Positions 28,352 to 39,496 of a stretch of 64,000 nt of DNA are shown here, piece by piece (the stretch's first letter is position 1; every line of letters starts with the position of its first letter). Made by a program: the position numbers and the translations under genes. The stretch is from an uncultured Gillisia sp. (lineage in GTDB: Bacteria; Bacteroidota; Bacteroidia; Flavobacteriales; Flavobacteriaceae). The notes under the pieces are model-generated. The model made no database searches. It saw only the letters and a list, made by a program, of their open reading frames with translations, and was not told where the DNA came from. The DNA is taken from NCBI GenBank assembly GCA_963972215.1, contig CAXATE010000006.1, positions 54,476 to 118,475 of the forward strand, given 5' to 3'.

Positions 28352-29128
28352 CTATTTCAGTTTAGTATTAAGTTTCCTCAATTTTATCCCTGTTAGGATC
28401 TTCTTGGTATATAGCGGAAAATCTGCATTTTGGATCCATCCAAAATATCCGGGTTCTTCTTCAAGCACCTGTTCTACTAGCTTCCCTTTATATTTCCCGA
28501 ATGAGAAAACTTCTCTTCCTTGCTTATCGAAAGCTATAAAACCTGCGAAATCTGCATACTTACGTCTGGAACTAAAAGTAGAAAGCCAGGACATATCATT
28601 CTCCAAAACTTCATATTTGTCTAACTGAGATTTAAGTACTTCATACGTAGCATTGGTATCTGCTTCAGCTCCATGAGCGCCTTCGAGATCCTTTTGGCAA
28701 TAAAACTTGTAAGCAGCAGTTAGTGTACGTTGCTCCATCTTATGAAAGATGGTTTGCACATCTACCGATGCCAAATTCTTCATATCAAAATCTATATCTG
28801 CGCGTAGCATTTCTTCTGCAAGCAAGGGAATATCAAATCTGTTAGAATTATATCCTCCCAGGTCACAGTTCTTTATCATTTCGTAGATCTTAGGTGCTAA
28901 CTGATTAAATGTTGGCTCATTAGCCACTTTTTCATTAGTTATACCATGAATTGCAATTACCTCTGCCGGAATTTCCATCTCAGGATTCACCAGCCAGGTT
29001 TTGCTTTCTTTATTTCCGTTAGGGAAAACTTTAAGTATAGAAATTTCAACTATTCTATCCTTTGCCACATTGGTACCTGTGGTTTCCAGATCGAAAAAAC
29101 ATATTGGCTTTGAGAGCTTTAACTCCAT
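28352..29128 (-). CDS. DnaQ-like 3'-5' exonuclease
   Basis: FDLETTG, GYNSNRFD and HGAEAD (DEDDh) motifs. Confidence 0.92.
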   Translation of the reverse strand: MELKLSKPICFFDLETTGTNVAKDRIVEISILKVFPNGNKESKTWLVNPEMEIPAEVIAIHGITNEKVANEPTFNQLAPKIYEMIKNCDLGGYNSNRFDIPLLAEEMLRADIDFDMKNLASVDVQTIFHKMEQRTLTAAYKFYCQKDLEGAHGAEADTNATYEVLKSQLDKYEVLENDMSWLSTFSSRRKYADFAGFIAFDKQGREVFSFGKYKGKLVEQVLEEEPGYFGWIQNADFPLYTKKILTGIKLRKLNTKLK

Positions 29129-29297
29129 ATAAATAAGTGATTTTTGTAAAGATACTATATTTTGACTGTTCCTAAAATTTCAAATTAAGTGCGCAAAATC
29201 GCAGCTCTTATTTAAAAAATTCAGAAAAACAAAAAGCCACAAATACGATAAGATTATTAGCGTATTATATGGCTTTTAAATTAATTTATTTTAATAC

Positions 29298-30617
29298 TTA
29301 AACTTCATGATTTTTATCGAAAGCTTCAAGATAATTAGCAACACGTTGCACAAATTGTCCTCCTAAAGCTCCATTTACGACTCTGTGGTCATAACTGTGA
29401 GAAAGGAACATTTTATAACGAATTCCTATAAAATCTCCTTCCGGAGTTTCTATTACCGCAGGCACCTTTCTTATAGCTCCAAGCGCAAGAATTGCAACTT
29501 GAGGCTGGTTGATAATTGGCGTACCCATGATGCTTCCAAAAGTTCCAACATTAGTTACAGTATAGGTTCCTCCTTGGATATCGTCTGGTTTCAACTTATT
29601 CTCTCTGGCTCTATTAGCAAGATCGTTCACCGCTTTAGCCATACCAACTAGATTTAATCTATCGGCATTCTTAATTACCGGCACAATTAGATCTCCGTTA
29701 CCAAGGGCCGCGGCCATTCCAAGGTTAATATTTTTTCTCTTTATAATTTTATCTCCGTCTAAAGCAATATTGATCATTGGGAAATCCTTGATCGCTTTAG
29801 CAACGGCTTCCATAAAGATGGGTGTAAAAGTTAATTTTTCACCTTCTCTTTTCTCGAATGCATTTTTATTTTTGTTTCTCCAATTCCAGATATTGGTTAC
29901 ATCTACTTCTATAAAAGATTGAACATGTGCAGAGGTTTGAACGCTTTCCACCATGTGATGAGCGATCATTTTACCCATTCTACTCATCTCAATTATTTCA
30001 TCTTCTCCATTAACGCTAATTGGAGCAGAAGGCTTTTTCGCAGCCGGCGCAGATTGAGCAGATTGCGCCGGAGCAGCAACTCCAGCAGTGGACTTTGGTT
30101 GTGTAGCTTTTTCTTCTAAATATCCTAAAATATCGTTCTTCGTAACTCTACCTTCTTTCCCAGTTCCCTCTAATCGTTCTAATTCCTGAAGAGAAACTCC
30201 TTCTTTTTTAGCTATATTCTTAACTAACGGAGAATAGAATTTAGTAGACTCAGAAAAATCTGGAGAAGTTGTAGATCCTGAAACGGCTTTTCCAGCAGTT
30301 ACCATTTCCTCCGCTTCCTCTACCATCGCCTCTGGTTTACTGGTTTCTGCGGAAGATGAACTGGATTCGTCACCACCTTTAATTTCAATAATTGCAATAG
30401 TTTGACCTACTTGCACAACATCATCTGGGTTGAAAAGTTTTTCTATTAATACGCCATCAACTTCACTTGGCACTTCGCTATCTACTTTATCTGTAGCTAT
30501 TTCCAGTACCGCTTCATCTGCTTCAATAGTATCTCCAACTTCTTTTAACCAACTTGTTATAGTTGCTTCCGCAACACTTTCACCCATTTTGGGTAACTTA
30601 AGTTCAAACTTTGCCAT
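29298..30617 (-). CDS. 2-oxoacid dehydrogenase E2 dihydrolipoamide acyltransferase
   Basis: Lipoyl domain EIATDKVDSEVPS, E3-binding domain, catalytic DHRVVNG. Confidence 0.93.
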   Translation of the reverse strand: MAKFELKLPKMGESVAEATITSWLKEVGDTIEADEAVLEIATDKVDSEVPSEVDGVLIEKLFNPDDVVQVGQTIAIIEIKGGDESSSSSAETSKPEAMVEEAEEMVTAGKAVSGSTTSPDFSESTKFYSPLVKNIAKKEGVSLQELERLEGTGKEGRVTKNDILGYLEEKATQPKSTAGVAAPAQSAQSAPAAKKPSAPISVNGEDEIIEMSRMGKMIAHHMVESVQTSAHVQSFIEVDVTNIWNWRNKNKNAFEKREGEKLTFTPIFMEAVAKAIKDFPMINIALDGDKIIKRKNINLGMAAALGNGDLIVPVIKNADRLNLVGMAKAVNDLANRARENKLKPDDIQGGTYTVTNVGTFGSIMGTPIINQPQVAILALGAIRKVPAVIETPEGDFIGIRYKMFLSHSYDHRVVNGALGGQFVQRVANYLEAFDKNHEV

Positions 30618-30826
30618 ATTATTATTTCAACGATGTTTTTTGTAATTCTGATTGCGAAATTAATCAATTTAAGCCTTCAGATGTATTAAATATGTAATAA
30701 AATTATTTTTAAAATTGCATTGTATTAGCAAATCAATAACGCGATTGACGTAAAATTACAATTATGATCCCTTAAAATGAAAGGATTCTACTCTTTTAGA
30801 TAAATTTTAAGCTGAATGTCTTACTA

Positions 30827-31444
30827 TTAATTCCTAAGTGAGCTTTCAAATGGAATTCTGTTGGTGATGCTTCTACCAAGTGTAACTTCATCTGCATACT
30901 CCAACTCATCACCCACCGAGATCCCTCGTGCAATAGTTGAAGTTTTAATATTGGTTCCTTCTAATTGTTTAAATATGTAAAAATTAGTGGTGTCTCCTTC
31001 TAAGGTGCTGCTCAACGCAAAAATAATTTCTTCCACTTCCCCTTCTTTTACTTTATCAATCAAAGATTTAATGGTGAGTTGTGAAGGCCCTATCCCATCC
31101 ATTGGGCTTATCTTACCTCCTAATACATGATATAAACCTCGATATTGACCTGTATTTTCTATTGCCATTACGTCACGAATATCCTCTACCACGCAAACCA
31201 ACTCTCTTTTTCTATTGGGATTGGAGCATATCTCACAAACTTCGGTATCGCTAATATTGTGACAATTCTTACATAATTTAATATTAGATCTCAAATTTAA
31301 TAATGCTTCAGAAAGTTGTTGGGTTTGCGTAGTTGGTTGCTTTAAAAGATGAAGGACCAATCGTAATGCAGTACGTTTACCAATTCCTGGTAATTGCGAC
31401 ATTTCTGCAACTGCTTGTTCTAATAATTTTGAAGAAAAATCCAT
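30827..31444 (-). CDS. recR: Recombination mediator RecR
   Basis: [12 protein letters not shown]4 zinc finger, Toprim region CVVE...YHVLGG. Confidence 0.97.
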   Translation of the reverse strand: MDFSSKLLEQAVAEMSQLPGIGKRTALRLVLHLLKQPTTQTQQLSEALLNLRSNIKLCKNCHNISDTEVCEICSNPNRKRELVCVVEDIRDVMAIENTGQYRGLYHVLGGKISPMDGIGPSQLTIKSLIDKVKEGEVEEIIFALSSTLEGDTTNFYIFKQLEGTNIKTSTIARGISVGDELEYADEVTLGRSITNRIPFESSLRN

Positions 31445-31548
31445 TATCCAAAATTACATATTTTTAGTGTAGCTCGCTAAATTATACCTACAGAACCTGT
31501 GTAAAAACAACTTCATTATTTGTATTTTGGCTCCGAAATTAAAAATAT

Positions 31549-32994
31549 ATGCAACCAGTTTACATGTTACTGCTCATAGCCGCCTACTTTGGAGCACTTC
31601 TAATCATATCCTATTTCACAGGTAAAAATTCCAATAACGATGCGTTTTTTAAGGCTAACAGGCAATCCCCCTGGTATATGGTGGCATTTGGAATGATTGG
31701 AGCTTCCTTAAGCGGAGTCACTTTTATCTCCGTACCAGGTTGGGTAGAAGCTAGCCAATTTAGCTACATGCAGGTGGTTTTGGGATACATGGTTGGGTAT
31801 GCTGTTATTGGGCTAGTGCTGTTACCCCTCTATTATAAAATGAATCTCACCTCGATCTATACCTATTTAGAAAGTAGATTTGGAACCTATTCTTATAAAA
31901 CTGGTGCTTCCTTTTTCCTATTATCTAGAGTTGTTGGTGCGAGCTTTAGGTTATTTTTGGTAGCTAACGTCTTGCAAATTATACTTTTTGATGCCTTGGG
32001 AATTCCGTTTTGGGCAACAGTAATTATGACCATTGCCTTAATTTGGCTATATACCTTTAAATCCGGTATTAAAACAATTGTTTATACAGATACCTTGCAA
32101 ACCTTGTGTATGCTAATTGCGCTTGGAGTGAGTATTTATTATGTCTCTGAAAGTCTTGGAATTCAAGGTGGTGATTTAATTGGCCATATTGCCAATAGCG
32201 ATTTTTCTAAAATGTTCTTTTTCGACGATTTTAAAAGTGCCGATTACTTTTGGAAACAATTTATATCGGGTGCATTTATTGCTATTGTAATGACTGGACT
32301 AGATCAAGATATGATGCAAAAAAATCTTACCTGTAGAAATCTGAAGGATGCCCAAAAGAACATGTTCTGGTTCACTATTGTTCTTACAATTGTTAATTTG
32401 ATCTTTCTTGCACTTGGAGTTTTACTTACAGAATATGCTAGACAGAACGGAATTGAAGCATTTAAAGATGACCTTTTTCCAGTAATTGCTACGCAGAGTG
32501 GAATGGGAATAGGAATTGCCATCTTCTTCATTCTAGGACTAATTGCTGCGGCTTATAGTAGTGCAGATAGCGCTCTTACCGCACTTACCACTTCCTTTAG
32601 TATAGATATTATAGATATAGAAAAACGCTATAAAGCTGCAAAACAAGAAATTGTAAGAAAGCGAATTCATGTTGGAGTATCAATTGTCCTCATCTTGGTG
32701 ATCGTGAGTTTTAAATACATCATTCAGGATGAAAGTGTGATCGCCAAACTTTTTGTTTTTGCCGGCTACACCTACGGACCATTATTAGGTTTATATAGCT
32801 TTGGATTATTTACGAAATGGCAGGTTAAGGATAAGTTAGTTCCTATAGTTGCTATTCTATCTCCAATAATTTGCTATTTAATAAGTACGAACAGTGAAGA
32901 ATGGTTTGGATTTGAATTTGGATTCTTTGTACTAATTTTAAATGGAACTCTAACTTTCTTAGGTTTAATATTGATTCGTAGAAAGCATAACTAA
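31549..32994 (+). CDS. Sodium:solute symporter family transporter
   Basis: SLSGVTFISVPG, GLDQDMMQK, AAAYSSADS; about 13 TM helices. Confidence 0.92.
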   Translation: MQPVYMLLLIAAYFGALLIISYFTGKNSNNDAFFKANRQSPWYMVAFGMIGASLSGVTFISVPGWVEASQFSYMQVVLGYMVGYAVIGLVLLPLYYKMNLTSIYTYLESRFGTYSYKTGASFFLLSRVVGASFRLFLVANVLQIILFDALGIPFWATVIMTIALIWLYTFKSGIKTIVYTDTLQTLCMLIALGVSIYYVSESLGIQGGDLIGHIANSDFSKMFFFDDFKSADYFWKQFISGAFIAIVMTGLDQDMMQKNLTCRNLKDAQKNMFWFTIVLTIVNLIFLALGVLLTEYARQNGIEAFKDDLFPVIATQSGMGIGIAIFFILGLIAAAYSSADSALTALTTSFSIDIIDIEKRYKAAKQEIVRKRIHVGVSIVLILVIVSFKYIIQDESVIAKLFVFAGYTYGPLLGLYSFGLFTKWQVKDKLVPIVAILSPIICYLISTNSEEWFGFEFGFFVLILNGTLTFLGLILIRRKHN

Positions 32995-33327
32995 AGTACA
33001 GGCATTTTCAAACTGAATATTATTCTTACGAAGCAGATCGTAAAGAACAGGATTTTCGGTTCCGGGATTAAAGATCACTCGTTTCGGCTGTAGATCTATA
33101 ATGTAATCATAATACGCTTCCTGTCTTTTTGCGTTTAGATAAAGGGTGATCGTATCTATGCCTTCAAAATCTATCATTTCTGAATTAATAGTAACCCCAT
33201 TAACCGTTCCCTCTCTTAAACCAATTGCTACAGTCTCCACGTTTTTTCTTACAAGACGCCCTATAGCGAGATTAGAATAACGGGTTGGATTTAGAGATGC
33301 GCCAAGAACTAGAGTTTTCTTTTTCAT
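32965..33327 (-). CDS. CoA-binding domain protein
   Basis: KTLVLGAS, RVIFNPGTEN, ACTLVML; ATG at 33327 preferred. Confidence 0.85.
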   Translation of the reverse strand: MKKKTLVLGASLNPTRYSNLAIGRLVRKNVETVAIGLREGTVNGVTINSEMIDFEGIDTITLYLNAKRQEAYYDYIIDLQPKRVIFNPGTENPVLYDLLRKNNIQFENACTLVMLSTNQY

Positions 33328-33624
33328 AGATAGCAAATTTAATATTTAGCTCGCAGTGTAACAAATTAAAATTTAGCTAGTCTATTGGATATAAGCAAAT
33401 ATGTAAATTTAATATACTTAGATGCGGGTATCTTTATATGCCTTTCTACAAATTTTGAGGATAAAAGAATAAAGCCTTGTGACGCAAAAATCGGGATGAT
33501 AACAAAACAGATGTGGGTGGATTATTTTAGACAATTCAATAAACTGTTATTTAATTAGTTAGTCAAAAATAAAGCCCTAATAGATTTATCTAATCGAGCT
33601 TTCTTGATTTTAAATTATTATATT

Positions 33625-34635
33625 TTACCATTCAATAATAGCACTTCCCCAAGTGAATCCGCTTCCAAAGGCAGCCAAAACAACAACATCTCCATCTTTT
33701 ATCTTGCCTTGTTCCCAAGCCTCTGTAAGCGCAATTGGAATGGATGCAGCAGTTGTATTTCCATATTTCTGAATATTATTGAACACCTGATCATCGCTTA
33801 ATTTTAATTTCTTCTGAATAAATTGAGAAATCCTTAAATTTGCCTGATGCGGTATAAGCATATTAATATCCTTGACTTCCAAGCCATTTTCTTTTAAGCC
33901 TTCATGGATAACTTCAGAAAAACGTTCAATTGCATTTTTAAATACAAACTGCCCATTCATATAAGGATAATAAGGAATATCATCTCCCTGAGGATTTTCA
34001 GCAATTATCTCTGGCACCCAATGCAACGTACTTGGTCCTTTAAGTGAAAGTTCCATGGCATGTTTCCCTTCAGAATGTAAGTGTGTAGATAGAATTCCCT
34101 GACCAATATGGTTACTTCTGGTAAGTACAGCTGCTCCTGCTCCATCACCAAAAATAACAGAAACAGACCTCCCTCGGTTTGTAAAATCCAATCCACCACT
34201 ATGATTTTCACTTCCAATTACCAGCACATTTTTGTACATCCCGGTCTTTATGAACTGATCTGCTACAGATAATGCATATATAAATCCGCTACACTGGTTT
34301 CGAACATCTAAAGCAGGACAGGTATTTATATCTAACATTTCTTGTACTTGCACTCCACATCCTGGGAAATATAAGTCTGGGCTTAAAGTTGCAAATACGA
34401 TAAGATCTATATCGTCCTTAGATATTTTTGCGCGCTCTATGGCAATCTTTGCGGCCTTAACACCCATAACCGCTGTGGTATTCCCATCTCCTTTTTTTAT
34501 ATGTCTACGTTCCTTGATCCCAGTTCTCTCTTGAATCCAAGCATCGTTGGTATCCATCAATTTAGAGAGATCGTCATTTGTTACCACATTTTCAGGAACA
34601 TAACTTCCCAATCCGGCTATTTTTGATTGATACAT
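33625..34635 (-). CDS. fabH: 3-oxoacyl-ACP synthase III
   Basis: NQCSGF (Cys), PHQAN (His), KYGNT (Asn), FGSGFTWG. Confidence 0.93.
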   Translation of the reverse strand: MYQSKIAGLGSYVPENVVTNDDLSKLMDTNDAWIQERTGIKERRHIKKGDGNTTAVMGVKAAKIAIERAKISKDDIDLIVFATLSPDLYFPGCGVQVQEMLDINTCPALDVRNQCSGFIYALSVADQFIKTGMYKNVLVIGSENHSGGLDFTNRGRSVSVIFGDGAGAAVLTRSNHIGQGILSTHLHSEGKHAMELSLKGPSTLHWVPEIIAENPQGDDIPYYPYMNGQFVFKNAIERFSEVIHEGLKENGLEVKDINMLIPHQANLRISQFIQKKLKLSDDQVFNNIQKYGNTTAASIPIALTEAWEQGKIKDGDVVVLAAFGSGFTWGSAIIEW

Positions 34636-34775
34636 ACGTTTATAATTATGGTATTAATATTTATTCTTCTTAAATTTAAGCAATTATTAAATTTTTGCCC
34701 TGCAATATAAGAAACATTAATTTTTTGGAACTCTATTATTCAAGGGCGTTACTGAAATACTTAAAAAATTAACTC

Positions 34776-37232
34776 ATGAAAAAAATTGTTTTATGCTTTT
34801 TAGCTTGTTTCTTGTTTGTAAATCTCCAAGCTCAAGAAAATTTAACCTACCAAAAACCGCCACAAGCAATTATGGATCTGGTAGATGTCCCATTAGCGCC
34901 TATTACTCTTGTAGACAGTAAAGGAGAAATGATGGTGTTCTTATATAGAGATCAATATAAATCTATAGCAGAGTTAAGTGAACAAGAATTAAGATTAGGT
35001 GGACTAAGAATAAATCCGAAAACCAATATTAATAGTAGAACCACTTACTATAATAATGTTGAAGTAAAATCTTTAAAATCTGAAACTCCAAAATCCATTT
35101 CTGGCTTACCGGAAAATCCACGTTTGGCAAATTTCTCTTGGTCTCCAGACGAATCTAAAATTGCAATGACGCATACTACAGATACTGGTGTGGAATTATG
35201 GGTATTGGATATTGCAGCGGCTTCAGCTAAAAAATTGACAGATGCTACGCTAAATGCGAACATGAGTGATGTAATTAATTGGTTTAAAGATGGCTCTGCC
35301 GTTTTGGTTAAAATGCTTCCTGAAAATAGAATGGAGTTAATTAACACCAATACAGCGGTACCTACGGGACCTACAGTCTCTACCAGTGATGGACAGAAAG
35401 CACAAAATAGAACGTATCAGGATTTACTTCAAACACCAAATGATGAATTTAATTTCGAGCAATTAGCAAAGGCGGCACTTGTAAAAGTAGATCTTAACGG
35501 AAGCGCTACACCTTGGATGGCTTCTAAAATGTATAATGAGATCTCCTTTTCTCCAGATGGTAATTATGTGATGATCTCTACTATTAAAAGACCATTCTCC
35601 TATCTAGTACCATATAATAGATTTCCTTTTGAAACCATGATCTACGATAAGACTGGAAAAGAAATAAGCAAAGTGAATGATGTGCCCCTTTCTGAAGTAT
35701 TGCCTATTGGATTTATGGCTGAAAGAGAAGGAAGAAGATCTATGAGTTGGAGAAGTGATGCTCCAGCCACCTTGGTTTATGCTAAAGTATTAGATGGTGG
35801 AGATCCTGAAGTAGATGTTGCATACAGAGATGAAATATTTTTGTTAGATGCACCTTTTAGTGGTGAGGGAAGATCTATTTTAAAAACAATAGACAGGTTT
35901 TCTGGAATAACCTGGGGAAATAAGAACACAGCAATTGCATACGATTACTGGTGGAACAACAGAAACACTAGAACCTATGTTTTTGATCCTTCCAATAACA
36001 AAAAAGCACCAAAAGTATTATTCGATAGAAATTATCAGGATGAATATAGCGATCCGGGAGATTTTGTCACTAAGAAAAATCAGTATGGAACAAGTATCCT
36101 TGCATTAAAAGAAAACAATGCATACTTACTTGGAAGCGGATTTACAGAAAAAGGACAATTCCCTTTTGTGGACAAAATAGATCTGGAAAGTGGACAAACC
36201 AGCAATTTATATAGATCCAACTATAACAAGAAAAAAGAAACCTTAGTTGAAGCTATAGATATTACTCAAGGAAAAATTTTAGTTAGAATTGAATCTTCTA
36301 CAGAATATCCTAATTATTATTTAAGGGACATAAATAAAAATGATGGGTTAACTCAAATAACGAGTTTTGAAAATCCTTTTAAAGCACTGCAAGATGTTCA
36401 TAAAGAAGTGATCACTTATAAAAGAGATGACGGATTGGAATTAAATGGTACTTTATACTTACCTGCGAATTATAATAAAGATTCCAAGGAGAAACTACCT
36501 ATGATCCTGTGGGCCTATCCAAGAGAATTCAAGGACAAAAATTCGGCTTCACAAAATACTTCCAATGCAAATGATTTTACTTACCCTTACTATGGCTCTC
36601 CAATTTACTGGGTGAACCGAGGATATGTAGTTTTGGATGATGCTTCTTTTCCAATTATTGGGGAAGGAGAAGAAGAACCTAATGATAGTTTTATAAAACA
36701 ATTAGTTGCAAACGGAAAAGCAGCCATAGATGCTATAGACGAAATGGGCTATATAGATAGAAATAGAGTGGCTGTTGGCGGCCATAGTTATGGGGCATTT
36801 ATGACGGCAAACTTATTATCTCACTCCAATCTTTTTGCTGCAGGAATTGCAAGAAGTGGTGCTTACAATAGAACCTTAACTCCATTTGGCTTTCAAAGTG
36901 AAGAACGAAGCTATTGGGAAGCTCCAGAGGTTTATAATACCATGTCTCCTTTTATGCATGCCGATAAAATGAAGACTCCATTGTTATTAATACATGGAGA
37001 AGCAGATAATAATTCTGGAACTTACCCTATGCAAAGTGAACGTTACTTTAATGCGTTAAAAGGACTTGGGGCTACTGCAAGATTAGTCATACTTCCCAAA
37101 GAGAGTCATGGCTATAGTGCAAAAGAATCTGTACTACACGTATTATGGGAGCAAGACCAATGGCTAGACACCTATGTGAAAAATAGAGTGAAATCTGAAA
37201 TAAGTAAAAAAGAAGAGACTATGCAAAACTAA
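34776..37232 (+). CDS. S9 family serine peptidase, secreted
   Basis: Signal peptide; GGHSYG nucleophile, HGEADNN, ESHGY. Confidence 0.92.
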   Translation: MKKIVLCFLACFLFVNLQAQENLTYQKPPQAIMDLVDVPLAPITLVDSKGEMMVFLYRDQYKSIAELSEQELRLGGLRINPKTNINSRTTYYNNVEVKSLKSETPKSISGLPENPRLANFSWSPDESKIAMTHTTDTGVELWVLDIAAASAKKLTDATLNANMSDVINWFKDGSAVLVKMLPENRMELINTNTAVPTGPTVSTSDGQKAQNRTYQDLLQTPNDEFNFEQLAKAALVKVDLNGSATPWMASKMYNEISFSPDGNYVMISTIKRPFSYLVPYNRFPFETMIYDKTGKEISKVNDVPLSEVLPIGFMAEREGRRSMSWRSDAPATLVYAKVLDGGDPEVDVAYRDEIFLLDAPFSGEGRSILKTIDRFSGITWGNKNTAIAYDYWWNNRNTRTYVFDPSNNKKAPKVLFDRNYQDEYSDPGDFVTKKNQYGTSILALKENNAYLLGSGFTEKGQFPFVDKIDLESGQTSNLYRSNYNKKKETLVEAIDITQGKILVRIESSTEYPNYYLRDINKNDGLTQITSFENPFKALQDVHKEVITYKRDDGLELNGTLYLPANYNKDSKEKLPMILWAYPREFKDKNSASQNTSNANDFTYPYYGSPIYWVNRGYVVLDDASFPIIGEGEEEPNDSFIKQLVANGKAAIDAIDEMGYIDRNRVAVGGHSYGAFMTANLLSHSNLFAAGIARSGAYNRTLTPFGFQSEERSYWEAPEVYNTMSPFMHADKMKTPLLLIHGEADNNSGTYPMQSERYFNALKGLGATARLVILPKESHGYSAKESVLHVLWEQDQWLDTYVKNRVKSEISKKEETMQN

Positions 37233-37250
37233 CTATGCTTTCATAAACTT

Positions 37251-37288
37251 AAAATAAAGTCTGCCTAAATTTAGGCAGCCTTTATTTT
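37251..37288. terminator. Terminator between the convergent S9 and ABC1 genes
   Basis: aaaataaag-t-ctgcctaa-at-ttaggcag-c-ctttatttt. Confidence 0.7.
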
Positions 37289-37372
37289 ATATCAATAGAA
37301 TTAAAATTTACAAAAGGGAAGCTCCATATGCAAAAATGGTGCTTCCCTTATCAACCTAACCAATATAAACTT

Positions 37373-38680
37373 TTAACCCATCAATTTATAATTATTAACT
37401 TCAATTTTTGCCTCTAGATCATGAAGCAAATTATAAAGTCCGAAGAAAGTTCTACTCATATATAAAAAATGCTGACTTCCTCTGGACCCATTCATTTTTC
37501 GTAATTCTGGATCTTTACTATATCTTTCACTTAATTCTGTGAGATTGTTCCAAAAAGCTTCATCTGTAAAATCAAAAGTTTCTGATTGATACGGTGTAGA
37601 GAACATGTTGAACATTTCGTAAAACATCTCTGTAAAGAAATCTCGTTCCTTTCTTGAATCACTTTCACGTAAAATTTCCAATTCAAATAATTTCTGATTG
37701 AAAAACTCTTTATTATTTAAATTCTCTCTATTAGCTAGCTGAAAATATGGAGTATAAAAATCTTCTGGAATCCTTTTAACGCAACCAAAATCTATTGCTA
37801 TAAGATTAAAATACTTATCTACTAAAAAATTACCAGGATGAGGATCTGCATGCATCGCTCTTAATTTGTGCATTTGGAACATATAAAAATCCCACAGCGC
37901 CTGACCTATTTTATTTGCTAGATTTCGATCTGAATTTAACTTTGAGAATTCACTAAGATGAATACCATCCATCCAATCCATAGTTATTATGCGCTCACTT
38001 GATAAGTCTTCGTAATACTTAGGGAATTTAAGATTTGGAATATGAGCACAAGCTTGAGAGATCTCCTTACTCTGCTTTACTTCTAAAATATAATCTGTTT
38101 CCTCTAATAATTTTCCTTCAACTTCTTTAAAATATCTTTCAGAATCTTTCCCTTTTAAATTAAACATTCTAGTTGCAATAGGTTTTACCATTGCAAGATC
38201 TGAACTGATACTATCTGCAACGCCCGGATATTGGATTTTCACAGCAAGTTTTTTCCCATTCTTCGTAGCCTTATGCACTTGTCCAATGCTGGCTGCATTT
38301 ACCGACTGCGTTGCAAACGTATCATAAAGTTCCTCGGGGTAGCTTCCATTATATTTTTTAAAGGTTCTTCTCACTAAAGGCGCAGAAAGTGGAGGAACAC
38401 TAAACTGTGCTAATGAGAATTTTTCTACATATGCACTGGGCAGCAAACTTTTCTCCATGGAGAGCATCTGAGCTACTTTAAGTGCACTACCTTTCAAACT
38501 TTTTAAACCATCATAGATATCAGAAGCATTATTTTCATTAAGCTCTTCTCTGGTCGTGGCAGAATCGAAAGCCTTTTTACTGTAATACTTAATGTAATTA
38601 CCACCTACCTTTACTCCCGTTTGGACCATTTTACTGGTTCTTCCTAGTTTGCCTGTAGGGATGCTATCTATTGTCTTCAT
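37373..38680 (-). CDS. ABC1/UbiB/AarF family atypical kinase
   Basis: KGSALKVAQ, AASIGQVH, AVKIQYPG, HADPHPGN, IDFGC. Confidence 0.93.
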   Translation of the reverse strand: MKTIDSIPTGKLGRTSKMVQTGVKVGGNYIKYYSKKAFDSATTREELNENNASDIYDGLKSLKGSALKVAQMLSMEKSLLPSAYVEKFSLAQFSVPPLSAPLVRRTFKKYNGSYPEELYDTFATQSVNAASIGQVHKATKNGKKLAVKIQYPGVADSISSDLAMVKPIATRMFNLKGKDSERYFKEVEGKLLEETDYILEVKQSKEISQACAHIPNLKFPKYYEDLSSERIITMDWMDGIHLSEFSKLNSDRNLANKIGQALWDFYMFQMHKLRAMHADPHPGNFLVDKYFNLIAIDFGCVKRIPEDFYTPYFQLANRENLNNKEFFNQKLFELEILRESDSRKERDFFTEMFYEMFNMFSTPYQSETFDFTDEAFWNNLTELSERYSKDPELRKMNGSRGSQHFLYMSRTFFGLYNLLHDLEAKIEVNNYKLMG

Positions 38681-38758
38681 ATTATGTAGTTGATCTTTAA
38701 AAAGCCATACAGGAATAAAATAATTGTAGGGAGCATTCCTGCATGGCTAAAAATCTAA

Positions 38759-39436
38759 TTAATTCATTTTTTCTTTCCACAAAAATTTACCTAGATCCAA
38801 TACTCTTTCTAAAGGAGTATTATCAAAAAGATCAAAAACTGTATTTACAGATTTTTCTATCACAACATCTGTACTTTCAAATTTTGCAGAGTTATCCTCT
38901 ATCCAAAATTTTAAAATAAATAGGAATTGTACCCAGGTAGCTTCAGAAAAAATCGTCTCAGACTGCTTTAAAAAATTTGCGTTTTTATTTTCATTACCTT
39001 CAGCAATTAGCTCACGTGAAAATTCCTTGATGTTCTTCCTTAATCCTTTTAATTGTTCCAGATTTTTAATTCGGTCTGGATTTTCATTTAGTGCTACAAG
39101 TACATAACTTCTATTAGCAGTTAGTAACTCAAAAAATGTATAATAGAATGTCAATAATTTTTCTCTTGGGAAAAATGCATCAAATTCCAAGCTCTTATTT
39201 AAAAGGGCTAAGGTGTTCGAATAAAATTCACTCCAAATTCCTTTTTTTAAGCCATCAAAACTTCCGAAGTATTGATAGAATTGATCTTCGGTTATATTAT
39301 TCGCCTTAGCAAATTTATAAACACTTTTCGGCATAGTTTCATGCTCTAATACATGATCCATATACATCCCGATAAGGATCTCTTTACTAAATGTTGGGGT
39401 AGTTTTTTTTTCTGAAGCTTGTTTCTTGGTCGCCAT
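38759..39436 (-). CDS. TetR-like transcriptional regulator
   Basis: Degenerate TetR HTH (SVYKFAK...FYQYFGSFDGL) plus a helical C-terminal domain. Confidence 0.75.
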   Translation of the reverse strand: MATKKQASEKKTTPTFSKEILIGMYMDHVLEHETMPKSVYKFAKANNITEDQFYQYFGSFDGLKKGIWSEFYSNTLALLNKSLEFDAFFPREKLLTFYYTFFELLTANRSYVLVALNENPDRIKNLEQLKGLRKNIKEFSRELIAEGNENKNANFLKQSETIFSEATWVQFLFILKFWIEDNSAKFESTDVVIEKSVNTVFDLFDNTPLERVLDLGKFLWKEKMN

Positions 39437-39453
39437 AATTCTTTCTTCTAATA

Positions 39454-39496
39454 CAAAGATACAAAGTGTTTAAACTTTTTAAACAATCTTTAAACA
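39454..39496 (-). promoter_or_regulatory. tetR -7 box with adjacent palindromic operator candidate
   Basis: TATCTTTG (minus strand) at 39454-39461; TGTTTAAA-ctt-TTTAAACA at 39467-39485; a further tttaaaca at 39489. Confidence 0.55.

Noticed and set aside
29298-29420. E2 active site DHRVVNG instead of DHRxxDG
   Set aside because: An Asn at this position is a known variant in E2 enzymes; no sign of inactivation.
32965-32994. Convergent 3' overlaps (30 bp symporter/CoA-binding; 4 bp at 42497-42500)
   Set aside because: Short tail-to-tail overlaps are common in compact genomes.
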